Source of the DNA: Octopus bimaculoides
Lineage: Eukaryota
DNA length: 37,312 bases
Reading direction: 5' to 3'
Assembly (NCBI RefSeq): GCF_001194135.2
Contig: NC_068988.1
Location: 48,510,251-48,547,562 of the forward strand
Shown one piece after another: positions 23,121 through 35,779 of this stretch. The notes below the pieces were generated by a model. It was not told the DNA's origin. It searched no databases and saw only the letters and a program-made list of their open reading frames with translations. Positions within the stretch are counted from its first letter, which is position 1. Each line of letters starts with the position of its first letter. Position numbers and translations under genes: made by a program.

Positions 23121-24003
23121 AAACTTCATACCGTGCTTCACAGATAATAAAACATTGAAATATGATATATTTGCTGGTAGTAGAAAAAATATTCTGGCTA
23201 AATTGCATTTCTGGATTTGTTTTTCAATTGAAGATTATCAAGTATTATACAAAAAAATGATATGAAAAATCCAGATTAACACAGAATTGTTGTAGGAAGT
23301 GGGTTTTGAATAGGCGTTTTACTTGTTTTAGCTTTCAAATAACACACGTAATAACGTGTGTGTTTGAAGATGTCTTAGAAAAGCTGAATGAAAAGAGCTT
23401 ACAGAAAACTTTCATTAGGCCTGAATTAAATTTGTTTTTAAAGTTGTTGTTTTTTTCTGATATATATTTTATAATTTGAATATTGTAAGGATATAAAATA
23501 TTGAACAATGCCGAACATATTAAGAACCGATGTTCATAATTCCAATTTACGTATAAAGCTTATGATCTAGATTTAGATTATCTAGAAGGGGGCGTTATAC
23601 ATTCAGATTAACTGTGCTTAACTGATGAAGTTAGGGTATCAACTTAGCACGGAACTGGAAGTCATGTATACACATAAGCATACATTCACGCCCGCGCGTG
23701 CGCCCCCCCCCCTCATACACACATACACATTCTGTTACACTAAAAAGCGGTGAATGCTATCGGAATTGTCAAATACAAGAAACTACACCAAATCGTTCTT
23801 AGAATATCCACATAAGTGGAGTCTTTACTGGCTCGTTTGTACTGGCACCGAGTCGAATACTTTGGAATAATAGTGAAATTTTGAAATTATTTAATACATA
23901 CGTTACAGGTTCGCATAATATATACTATGAAATGCGTCCATTATGTAAACCTCTCTCAGTCAAATCAATTCAAAATATGGAGAAACTGATGGAAATATTG
24001 CAA

Positions 24004-24216
24004 TAGGAAAGTGTGCTGAAAAGTTCCTGGCTTTATGGTTATCACGAAAGGCTTGTTTAGAGGCACAACATTCCAAGTTCTTTTGCGGAGCTTCGAAAAA
24101 CTGAACGACCACTGAAATAAGTGTGAGAATCTAAGAGGTGAATATATTGAATAAAATTAACTGATACTCTTGTGGTTTCTTTTACCCAAAGAGAACTTCT
24201 CAGCACCCCTCTTGTA
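24004..24216 (+). mobile_element. Mariner-derived MITE (~210 bp)
   Basis: GTGCTGAAAAGTTCCTGGCTTT ... GAACTTCTCAGCACCCCTCTTGTA; internal KLNDH*NKCENLRGEYIE*. Confidence 0.85.
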
Positions 24217-24329
24217 TATGTGTGGGTAGGGCAGTAAGTCCTTACAAATATTTCTTGGCATTAGTTATGTGTTGGACTGAGCGTAGTAAGGTAATTGAAC
24301 CATGAACATACTGTCTTTTATTATGTTTT

Positions 24330-24560
24330 CCTCCCTATGTTATCTAATGCAGGACGACATGATGTAAACGGTGAGAGATTTGATAGTGAACTCCGGCAGT
24401 TGAAGTGTCACCATAAATGCTTCCTAACTGATACGCATTTGTATATTTTCTGTTGGTATTCATCCCTATGTAATGTCTTATTGAGAAGTCCTATGATCTA
24501 AAACACATTATTGGTGCTTAATACATGTAGAACAACGATATCAACTGTCGCCTTCATATT
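24330..24560 (-). mobile_element. Possible RTE RT relic
   Basis: Degraded DHR...G*IPTENI...AGV...PF..VL pieces resemble DS.HR..YGIP.KI..AGVLQGD.LAPFLFIIVLD; weak. Confidence 0.35.
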
Positions 24561-25174
24561 TTCAAGACAGCAGACTGCAGCATGACGTACATATGACTAC
24601 TATTTCTTGCATTTCTAAGAGTTGCAACATAATTCTGCTTATGGAGTCAATAACAGCAACAATTTTGGAGACAGCAGCATATTTATTACTGCTGTCGTAT
24701 ATTATATATCACAATAGAGAAATATCAGATTTATCAAGAAATTCAAAATTACTTTAGTCAAGTAGTGAATGTAAGTGGAGTGATTTGTTCACGTTATAAC
24801 TATGCATAACTATAAGTATGTGTGGGGTGGTAACAGTTGGCGAAAGGTAGGCTGTTGTACATTATTGAACACATTAAAATATTTACACAAACGCAAACAC
24901 GCACATACTTATGCTTCAGAATATAAATATGTAACTATCCTTTTATACCTTTATTTTTTGTCTCCTAAGCTGTCCTTTCACACTCTGTACCTCCTTCTGT
25001 CAGTGTGTATGTGTGTGTCTCTCTCTTTCTCTCTACACACATACATATACGCGTGTTCCTTATTATATATGCATATACATATACCTTTTGTGTATGTGCT
25101 GTATTGTATGTCAACTATGTATATGTAATTACGTATATACGCTTATGGGTGTGTGTTAGTGTGTGTATGTAGGC

Positions 25175-25219
<45 letters not shown>

Positions 25220-25341
25220 CGTATGTGCGTCTATGCGTATATATTTGTAGGAACACGTTATGTACATATATATTTTTGTGAGTGTTTATATATACATATC
25301 TTTATAAATATGCATGTCATGTGTGTGTATGTGTATACATA

Positions 25342-25374
<33 letters not shown>

Positions 25375-25567
25375 NNNNNNNNNNNNNNNNNNNNNNNNNN
25401 NNNNNNNNNNNNNNNNNNNNNNNNNNNNNNNNNNNNNNNNNNNNNNNNNNNNNNNNNNNNNNNNNNNNNNNNNNNNNNNNNNNNNNNNNNNNNNNNNNNN
25501 NNNNNNNNNNNNNNNNNNNNNNNNNNNNNNNNNNNNNNNNNNNNNNNNNNNNNNNNNNNNNNNNNNN
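25375..25567. other. Assembly gap (N)
   Basis: Run of N between (TA)n and (GA)n. Confidence 0.99.
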
Positions 25568-25589
25568 AGAGAGAGAGAGAGAAAGAGAA

Positions 25590-25594
25590 ATAGG

Positions 25595-25646
<52 letters not shown>

Positions 25647-25677
25647 GAGATAGATAGATAGATAGATAGATAGATAG
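25590..25677. repeat. (GATA)n microsatellite
   Basis: Read directly. Confidence 0.97.
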
Positions 25678-26167
25678 CAATGTATGAGTTTGTGAATGTT
25701 AGTGTGAGTCAGTGTATTCGTATTTGTAGGATTTTGTACTAAATGATGTTTTTGTGTTCAGGAATTCATTTGCAATTCATATAAATCTCTAAATTATAGG
25801 GTATTACAATAGAAGATGGTATAAGAAAATGAATTGAATGCTATAGAAATATTTTCCCTCATCTCAGTTGTCCTTCCTTTCTTTCCTGTCTTAGACAATT
25901 TGAATCTGAAATAAAGAGTAGCATTAAGAGGAAACATTGTGAGAAAAGGTGAAGAAAGAAGAGTAGCGGGAGAAAAACAAAATGGGGTTCAGTTCATTAT
26001 AAATGTACATATCAACCATAGTTTTGAGGAAATCCATTAGATTAAACAGAATATAAAATATAAATGAATAAAATAAAATAAAAAAACGGAATTCATTTTA
26101 GAGAATATTGTCTATACTAACTGTAGGAGAGAAATTCAATCAAACATTTTGCTTAAATGCTGTTATA

Positions 26168-26388
26168 TCATAATAATAATAATAATAATAATCTTTTCTA
26201 CTATAGGCACAAGGCCTGAAATTTGCGGGAATGGGATAGTCGATTACATCGACCCCAGTACTCAATTTATCGACCCCGAAAGGAGGAAAGGCAAAGTCGA
26301 CCTCGGTGGAATTTGGACTCAGAACACGAAGACAGACGAAATGCCGGTAAGAATTTTTGCCCGGCATGCTAACCATTCTGCCAGCTCA
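26168..26388 (-). mobile_element. tRNA-derived SINE family 2, well preserved
   Basis: Minus strand: A box TGGCAGAATGG, B box GAGTCCAAATTCC, GGTCGACTTTGCCTTTCCTCC, GTACTGGGGTCGATGTAATCGACT, TCAGGCCTTGTGCCTATAGTAGAAAAG and a (TTA)n tail. Confidence 0.9.
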
Positions 26389-26419
26389 GTAACAATGTAA
26401 TGATAATAACATTTTCTAT

Positions 26420-26625
26420 TTTAAACAGAAGTCTTGAAATTTTAGAGGAGGGCGCTATTGATTGCATCGATTCCAGTGTTCAACTATTACTTATCTCATC
26501 GACCCGGAATGGTGGGAAAGCTAAGTCGACCGCCATGGAACTTGAACTCAGAACTGAAAGACCCGGAAGAATTGCCTCAAGGCATTTTGTCTGTAGTTCT
26601 ACGATTCTCTCAGAGTCTGCTTCTA
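26420..26625 (-). mobile_element. Older SINE family 2 copy
   Basis: Minus strand GTTCTGAGTTCAAGTTCC...GGTCGACTTAGC...CACTGGAATCGATGCAATC aligns with the adjacent copy. Confidence 0.75.
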
Positions 26626-26719
26626 ATAAAGGCACGAAGCACAAAATATTTTATGAGGTTAGTCGTTTCAATATATCTGAGTGTGTGACAGATACATTAT
26701 TTTATCGACTCTAGAGCGA

Positions 26720-27415
26720 TGAAAGCTAAAGGTGACCTGTCGAAGTCAACTTTACTGTCCATCCCTAAGAAGTCGATAAAATGAGGTACCATTCAAGAAC
26801 AGGGCGCTATGATATCGACCAGGCCCCTCCCCTCAAAATTACTAGCCTTGTGATTAGCATCAGAAAAAATGGTTTCTAGCATCAGAAACCATTTTTATGA
26901 TATTGTTAAAAACGAAGCGAGTTCGCACAATTGTCAGAGAACCGAAAAGAATGATTTCAGTGCATTATATTTTCGATTCAAGTTCAGCTGAGTTCAAATT
27001 TGTTTCACATTTCCCTGGGGTAGATAACATTATATACCAACCAATTACTTGGAGCGATGGTATCACCTAAAACTTCTGGTCTTGTGCCATAATTCTGAGC
27101 CAATATTAAAGGCGGTGAAGGTGGCGAACTTGTAGAACTTAACGCGTCAAATAAGATGCTTAACAGCATTGCGTCTATCCTTATTTTCTGAGTTTGAATT
27201 CCGCCGAAATCTTCCGGAGTCGATAAAATAATTACCAGTTGAGCACTGGGGTCGATGTAATTGACTAGACCTGCCCTCCTCCAGAATTCCAGGTCTGCTG
27301 CCTAAAGTAGAAAGCCTTATTAAAAGCCGGCAAAAATGTTACAACGCGGGAAAGGAAAATGATACACAAAATATCTTTCAGCTCTTGAGGGTCCGTGTTT
27401 AAATCCTGCCGAAAT
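26720..27415 (+). mobile_element. Cluster of 3-4 plus-strand SINE family 2 copies/fragments
   Basis: Fragments at ~26720-26860, ~26965-27100, 27108-27320 (AAGGCGG head ... GAGCACTGGGGTCGATGTAATTGACT ... CCTAAAGTAGAAAG) and a possible head at ~27325-27415. Confidence 0.7.
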
Positions 27416-27991
27416 ACACAGCTGATCGAATTAATATACACTATAGCATATTAACCTACTTCAAATGTAATCTTACACATGTATATTATTACGCACTTAA
27501 TGTTTTTTATGACTATAATTATTGCATCTTTCTATTACACAGAATAAGTATTCGGACCATATGGAAAATACATTCTTATTCTACTAAATGTATATTTCTT
27601 TGCAATAAAATGATTGTCACATTGTGAGTTATTTAAGATGTACACCAGAAAATAAATACACCTCCATTCATTTCCAAATAATTTTGACATGTTCCCATAG
27701 AAATACAATACTTAGAACACAACTATAAACAGCTACCATTTTCGAAAATAATTTACATGCTCACAAGCTATTAGATTAGACATTTGAGGGATGTAGTTTT
27801 GCCTGAAGTCTGTTAATTCAATGCAACACGTATGCCTATTATTTGATGAAATACTTGCAAATATTTATCAATATAGTAACAGAAAATCAGTTACTACAGA
27901 ATATCTATAGGATGTAACTACACACACACTGATACACATACACGCACGAACACATATGTACATACATACACACATATATGTAAATATATAC

Positions 27992-28039
<48 letters not shown>

Positions 28040-29549
28040 ATGAATATTGTTATATTATTTTACCTTGGGTGTGCATTAACATATTCTGTTCAGGGATTGT
28101 ACTACATATGCATTAAAGATTATCTACCTATGAAGGGCTCATCACTTAAAAGACCGTCAGGCAGCTGCCAGAATGCAAATGTTACAGTTATATTTAGGTT
28201 TTAAGAGGAACATTGGTAACATGAGAATATTTAAAAAGCTATGAATGTCATATTGATTCTTAAATGCTTTTTATCTTAATGCCGTGTTATTTTTCATTTC
28301 TTATATGTCATAATAATGTAAGTTTCCCTACGAGTCCTAATGGATTTAGTTGAATTTTAATGGTGATGCCACATTTATGGAGATTTTTTAGATCACGATC
28401 GTTTAAAGTTTCATTTAAGAACTGTACTCTTAAATAACTTTGATCCAGCTCTTAAACTTTCTCTTAAATTCAATGCCAGTATCATGATCTGCTTCGTCGT
28501 ATTACCCACGCGAACATAGCATCACTTCCGTTACCTCTTAAGTCTGACGATATGAACTGGGTTTTCTGGCCATCCCCCTCTAGAAGCTCTACAGTAAGCA
28601 AGTGATTGTATATAGATCCCAGCCTCACCCGTTCAATCTATTGCAATGGAAACTTTGAGTACAACCAAGACTTTTTCTTGCATGACACTAACACACAAAT
28701 TTAGTGGAGAAATTTATTTTTGCTTACGCACATACATGCCAATCATATTCAATCAGCCAATGGATACAGTAAATATACATATACAGCCTCTATTTCTTTG
28801 ACTCTCAATTGTTACATGCAGTGAAACATGACAACTTTAACTATTGGATTACTTTTGTTCCCTTGACTTATCTGCGCTAAAATAGGTTCTCAAAATTTCA
28901 AGTCTTCCCACAGTACAGTTATTCAAACAATACCATAAATCGAACACGCGTAAATCAAGAAAGTATATTTGCATAAAATACAAACCATGACTGAAATAAC
29001 ATCAACAAGCCAAACACTGACCACGGACAATGAATGAGATCTAACAAAATGTAATGACTACATACAAGCAATTCTAGTCCAATCCACCACTTGGTAGATT
29101 ACATTTAGAGAGCCTTGATTGTTTGGAGCAAGACGTGTTCCCTCAACCATATCTGCATTAAATTTCTTTGTTAAAAATATAGTCACATGATACTAACACA
29201 CAGACGTAGTGGAGAGCTTACAGGGATGTCTAACTCTAACAACGTGATCATCCGCTGCAATTCAAATTGTATCCTTAATAGTTAATAATTTCACTCCTTA
29301 AAAATGTGAGAAGTTTTGAACTGCAGCAAGAAACAAAACAGTTGCGGCATAGTCTCATGTCTTTCTATCACACTTAACTTTTGAAAATCACTAAAATCTG
29401 TGAAGCTTGCTAAGTTTTTTTAAAAATAAACCATCTAAAAGACTTCCAGTGCGTTTTCAACATTTATATGTATGTATGTATATGTCAGGCGGTAGTAGAG
29501 CAGCAACCACAGACAAAAAATCACAAACACACTCGCACATACGCGCGCG

Positions 29550-29593
29550 CACGCACACACACCCCACACACACACACACAAACACACACACAC

Positions 29594-29657
<64 letters not shown>
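29550..29657. repeat. (CA)n followed by (TG)n
   Basis: Read directly. Confidence 0.95.
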
Positions 29658-29660
<3 letters not shown>

Positions 29661-30119
29661 CATCCTTGACATCCCCAAATCTGTTCGACTTTTAGTTATT
29701 ATATCGCCCTAACACACGCTATCACATTACCGCAATACTTCTAACATCTTTTTGTATCTATAACGTGTTATGGCTAGTCTCACCCGATTTACTCGGGTTA
29801 TTTTCTCTCGTCACTCGTATTTTGGTCCCTTCTTTATGTGTTACCAGCAGCTGTCATTTTCCTATTCAAGTCAAACATCTACTGCTTCGATGGCACCAGT
29901 CTGTGATGGTGTACAAAGAACAGTGTCGTAGCCATTTTATCATGACAAAAACATTTGATAAGTCTCTTCAACTAGATATGTAAACAATATTGCGAGTGAC
30001 GAATATGAATGTCTGGTGCAATTAAACCGCTCTTACACTAGTTAATATTAATTGCTATATCATTAATAATCAACGGGAATTAATCTATATTGATGATTAT
30101 CATTATTATAATAGATGCA

Positions 30120-30600
30120 GTGGAGTGGCAGGAGGTGTTTGATTGCTTTACTAAATGCTTTGTTGTATTCAGCTTTGTGAACTTACGTTGTTAGGTTAAC
30201 TCCCGCCCAGGTCAACTTTGGCTTTAGGCCATAAATTATGGTGAATGAAATGGTCGATCGAATCGACCGGAGAACTTGACTAGTATTTTATTTTAATAAA
30301 CCCAAGAGGATGAAAGAAAAGTAATATTGACTTTGGTGGTATTGAAACACTGGGCATAAAGAGGTGTGATTATAGAACGCATGACATTTTTTTTTTCCTA
30401 ACGCTGTACTGATTCTATTCTCCACGCCTATTTTTGTTTTAGTTGTCTAGTTTTTGATTTGTAACGTTTGCAAAAGGCCAGATATTTTTAGCGACGGACA
30501 TATGATTAAATCAACCCCAGTTTTTAACTGACTCTCTGTTCTGACAAGCACAGAAAGTTGAAAAGCATAGAAGTTAAAGCGCAGAAGATTTTGAAATTAT
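30120..30600. mobile_element. Highly degenerate SINE family 2 fragments in both orientations
   Basis: CCCAGGTCAACTTTGGC...GGTCGATCGAATCGAC (+), then reverse-oriented pieces (GGATGAAAG...GACTTTGGTGG; AAATCAACCCCAGT). Confidence 0.45.
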
Positions 30601-33116
30601 AATTATGGTTTTACTGCTGATTTGTATAATTGCTGTAAAAGGCGAAATAGTCCTTCTGTTGGCTGTGTGAATATATTGAGATTATACTAGGATGGGCGTC
30701 ACTCAGAAGTAAAAACAAAAATTCACTACCAAACAATTACGACAATATTTTTTGAATGCAGAATACAGAAAATTATAATTTTATTCACAAAAGTGTAAAC
30801 AGGGTGAATAACTGTAAATTTACATATTTCTTGAATATACATGCCGACACCGCATATGAAAAGAAACAGAGACTTACTGTACTGTTATGTTGCAATAAGG
30901 CTGACCAACTATATCTAGCGGCTCGTACCATAAGCAGCCAAAGCAAAAAGGTATACCATGAACTAAGAGAGCGCCAAATATAAACAAGAAATATGTATTC
31001 TTAATGAAGAGAGATCATATTTGACTAAGAATCTGCTATGTTAATATTCAGTCATCAAAAATATCGGGAGTGGAGATATTTACTGCAGAGTAATAAACCA
31101 CCACTTTAGCAAATAAACACTACTTTATATTCCTTTTGTAAAATTATTAAACAATATTTGAACGGCCAAAGGGAAAACAATAGAAATAACCAATATGATG
31201 ATGAGAAACAACAGAAAAATTATTGTTTGTTTTGGGTAGGTTATGTAGCAGTCGTTATGAAATACAGATAACTAACTTTATTTGTCTCCAAAAATTTGGA
31301 AAAGCAATATCAAAGGTACAAACTGAACAAGGTAAATCATGTCAAGTTAAATCTCAATCGTCAGAAGAGAAGAGCTGGGGAAAAATAAAGGTGAAATTAG
31401 TTAGCAGTCTGTATGGAGATAAGAAGAAAGGGACAGCAGAATCGAAGAGGTTCCATACGAAAGTACTAGAGCATTCTAAAGAAAGGTCTGGAGAAAGAAA
31501 CAGAGTTTAACACAGTTTGCATTGCTGGAAGAATAAATGAGAATGAAATATTTTCCCTGCGTTACACGAGTAGTGTACAATATCAACTATAATAAAAGGA
31601 GCACTGTATTAGAAACCTCCGAGGCTAGGACAGAGCTTGATGCCTGACATTGGTATACTGGTTATTCAAAGGTGTAACCTCATCAAACTTTGCTAGCAAT
31701 AATTCCCACATCAAAGGGTTTGTTTTTACAAACCATTTACAAGAAAGAGCTTCAGAAAGCAACACTAATGAGACTGTTGTGCCAAATAAAATATTTTAAG
31801 TCACAACGATTAGAAAGGAATATTAACTCTTGATGAAAATGAATATTGGTGCAATTTTCATTACACGATCTCCGGAAAATGTAAGCACAACAAAGCAGAT
31901 ATGATGATACATGGTAGAAAAAATATGTACATAATCAAAGAAATAATTTTTGTCTCGAAATTAACGCAATTACAAAATATAATTAAAATGTTTTACTGAA
32001 ATGTTACGAAATCTGCAAATATTTTAACTGGTCTAAGATTTATGACTGTGAATATTGGAGCCTTATCTAGCACACGCGGAGTTGCGGTTTTTAATTGAGA
32101 AATTACCATTACAAGCACTTAATGGAAGAGTGGCAACATGTAAAATATTTATCTTGTAACAGGTACATAAGCATGCACTAAAACAAGCAGAAATATAAAT
32201 ACAACACTTCAGAAAAATGATATGCACGCACATATACATACATGTGCGTTTATGTATGCGTGTGTGCGTGTGTGTGCTTTTGTGTGCTTGTGTGTGTGTG
32301 AGACTACTTGTTTCATATTTGAATACCAATAAAAGAGCCGTACATTTAAGTTGTGAAAAATCATAATATAGAGTCAAAAGATTATGCTTACAGACAAATA
32401 TTCACTTGTTGCATTTACATACACACACACACGCATACACAGATATATGTATATATTTATATATTAATGAATGTATGTCTATATATGTGTAAATATATGT
32501 ACACACATACATATATGCATTTCTCAAAAGGGAAATTTCTTTTACTGCTCTTCTAAAGTAGGTATAAATATTAATCAACGAGTGGTTAGATATTGAGACT
32601 TTTTCACTACATTAGAACTGAGCAGCAGCTGAATGTATACTATACCACAAATATTTTCTCTATTAGATATAATAGAGGTTCTATTTACGTTGAAAATATT
32701 CTGCGTGAAAATATCTTCAAGGTAGATTTCAACTTCATCTCCAGAAACCAGCGCTTTATAATTCTTTAAATTAATATTGAATTTTTTTTTTGGAATACTC
32801 CAAAATATTTTGTTTTTGACGTAAGACAACAATTTCTTGATTCTAATGTGGATTTAATTGATTCTTGACTTCCCTCAAGAATTAGTGTTTGAATCAATAT
32901 TTGACTAGTAGTTTATTTTTGGGGGCCCCAAGTGGAAGAAATGCAGAGTAGAGAGGAGACTTCGATTGGTTTTGAACTCGCAATTTAAAGGGACACCCCT
33001 ATGTAGTAAGTGATCTATTCTTATACAGACCTACTATAGTTTCTGTCAATCTAAGACATTGCTCATTCAAGCAATGTTATTTCCCCTACTGTTCTCCTCA
33101 AAGTATTGGCAAAGTA

Positions 33117-33368
33117 GTGGAGGCGCATTGGCCCAGTGGTTAGGGCAGCGGATTCGCGGTCATAGGATCGCGGTTTCGATTCCCAGACCGGGCGATGTAA
33201 GTGCTTATTGAGCGAAAACACCTAAAGCTCCACAAGGCTCCGACAGGGGGCGGTGGCGAATCCTGCTGTACTCTTTCACCACAGCAGCAGTTGAGTAATG
33301 AGGTCGACGTAATCGACTTGCTCTGTACCCCAATATTGCTGCCGTTGTGCCACCGAAATTTGAAACGA
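33117..33368 (+). mobile_element. tRNA-derived SINE family 3 head fused to a family 2-type 3' end
   Basis: A box TGGCCCAGTGG (33129-33139), B-box-like GTTTCGATTCC (33173-33183), a distinct body to ~33282, then GTTGAGTAATGAGGTCGACGTAATCGACT...AAATTTGAAAC as in family 2. Confidence 0.75.
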
Positions 33369-33456
33369 ACTTTAGATGTGTCTATCTCACAATGTTATCT
33401 CCAGTAAACAAACATCATTCATATTCAAGCATACACATAAACGCATACATGTATAT

Positions 33457-33487
<31 letters not shown>

Positions 33488-33853
33488 CAAAGAGAGACAG
33501 AGACAGAGACAGACAGACAGACAGACAGAAGGGAGAGAGAGAGAGGTAGTTATATAGAATACAATTATAATTAAGGGTACAGAAGCTATCATGCCTATAT
33601 ATTAGAAAGAGACGTCAATTACGTCCATCTCTAGAAATGAATTTTACCTAAAAGGTTATTTTTATATGCTGGCCTCTGATAAAATTCATTAATTTTAATG
33701 ACTTTATCCTTTAATGATATATATATATATATATACATAGAATATAAGAATAAAAATCACGTTCATGATTTTTATCAAGTAGTCAGCAGGCTATAAAAAT
33801 TTATAGGCATTTTATACATTAAATTAATAATAATGTACATAAGTATAAAATCA

Positions 33854-34255
33854 TATGAAGGGAGCAAAGGCGAAAACGACCGGTCTCCAGCATGCTTGAA
33901 TTGCCGATACCTTCAATGAACTACCAAAAACTCCAGATAAATATACACATTCCTGAAAACGGGTTAGTGATAGAAAATTAGAAAGACCTCACGTTAATTG
34001 TGAATTGGTTCCAATTTCTGAATTAAGGCAAAACATAAGCCTTCTTCCTTGCGTTGACGAAAGGAGAAGGCTTATTTTTGCTTTAATCCAGAAATTGGAA
34101 CCAATTCACAATTAACATGAGGTCTTTTTAATTTTCTCTCGCTAGCCCACTTTCAGCTATGTGTATATTTATCTGAAGCTTTTGGTAGTTTATCGAAGAT
34201 GTAGGCAATTCAAGCATGCTTGAGACAAGCCGTTTTCGCCATTGCTCCCTTGATA
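33854..34255. mobile_element. Foldback / hairpin MITE (~400 bp)
   Basis: 33856-34050 reverse-complements ~34061-34253 (hand count about 24 mismatches and 2 gaps in ~195 bp), with a ~10-nt centre. Ends TA|TGAAGGG...CCCTTGA|TA. Confidence 0.9.
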
Positions 34256-34264
34256 TAATTATAT

Positions 34265-34295
<31 letters not shown>

Positions 34296-34803
34296 NNNNN
34301 NNNNNNNNNNNNNNNNNNNNNNNNNNNNNNNNNNNNNNNNNNNNNNNNNNNNNNNNNNNNNNNNNNNNNNNNNNNNNNNNNNNNNNNNNNNNNNNNNNNN
34401 NNNNNNNNNNNNNNNNNNNNNNNNNNNNNNNNNNNNNNNNNNNNNNNNNNNNNNNNNNNNNNNNNNNNNNNNNNNNNNNNNNNNNNNNNNNNNNNNNNNN
34501 NNNNNNNNNNNNNNNNNNNNNNNNNNNNNNNNNNNNNNNNNNNNNNNNNNNNNNNNNNNNNNNNNNNNNNNNNNNNNNNNNNNNNNNNNNNNNNNNNNNN
34601 NNNNNNNNNNNNNNNNNNNNNNNNNNNNNNNNNNNNNNNNNNNNNNNNNNNNNNNNNNNNNNNNNNNNNNNNNNNNNNNNNNNNNNNNNNNNNNNNNNNN
34701 NNNNNNNNNNNNNNNNNNNNNNNNNNNNNNNNNNNNNNNNNNNNNNNNNNNNNNNNNNNNNNNNNNNNNNNNNNNNNNNNNNNNNNNNNNNNNNNNNNNN
34801 NNN
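34296..34803. other. Assembly gap (N)
   Basis: Run of N flanked by (TA)n on both sides. Confidence 0.99.
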
Positions 34804-34834
<31 letters not shown>

Positions 34835-35779
34835 TTTGTACAGTTCTATTTAACATGTTGATATACATTCGGACATGGAAAGACATACGCTGGATAAATT
34901 ATCACCAGAAAAATGGTCTACTTACAAACAATAATACAGAAAAACACACCACTTAGCTTGTATGATGTTATCACACCACAGTTCGGCTGCTTTTCTCTGT
35001 TCACATACGTTGTGAGCTGAGAATAGTGAGCTGTCATTCATAGCCTCTAAGTAATTACTGACTTTATATTAGAACATCAAATGGTATATTTGTAGATGCG
35101 CACAATGTTTTGTCAAGGTGGAATAAATTAACAAGAGGTGCCCTAGACTGCGTTGAATGAAATATAGGTGAGTAAAATCAGATATAACATATTCATGTAG
35201 ACTACAGTACGATGATATGATTTACATCCCAAATGGAGTGATTCATTTCACACAAATTGTCAATATGTAGAATTTATTGTCTCAAGAGAATTACTGCAAT
35301 GTATGTCGTTCCGTGCATGAGTAGTGATTGTAACTACGTGCGATAAGTATATTATTATAATTATATTATCTATATACCATTAAATATGTCACGAAGAATA
35401 TGAGTACATCTACGGGCATACATATACATGTAAGTATGTATACATACATACATACATACTTTTGGTATTTATAGGGCACGTCCACGAAACTTTAATTTAT
35501 GAGCTAACGAGTGAAACAACAAACTGTTATGAACTATACTGAACTGTACTATATGCTATTCTATGGACTGTTTGTGATATATATACATATATATATACAG
35601 ACTAGATATATAGATACATGCATTTATAAATATATGTTTGTTTATCTAGAAAGTGTTCATTTCCGAATGACAAAATTGCGATTATCTTTTCAGTCAGATA
35701 ATCTTCTCTCTCGAAACAACGGAAATATATTCCTTGTCCCGTCCAAGCAATGAATTTGCTACTGCCAAATCAGCACAAC

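Noticed and set aside
11495-23660. Other CTGATGA hammerhead cores (~11495, ~19885 minus, ~23622)
   Set aside because: None has a closing stem II followed by GAAA, helix III and a matching stem I.
31223-31510. 95-aa ORF as a host gene
   Set aside because: TTG start and no family match. SWGKIKVKLVSSLYG only faintly recalls a LINE ORF2 C-terminus, which is too weak to annotate either way.
33117-33195. tRNA gene
   Set aside because: A and B boxes are present, but I could not build a full cloverleaf with acceptor stem, and the sequence runs on into a SINE body.
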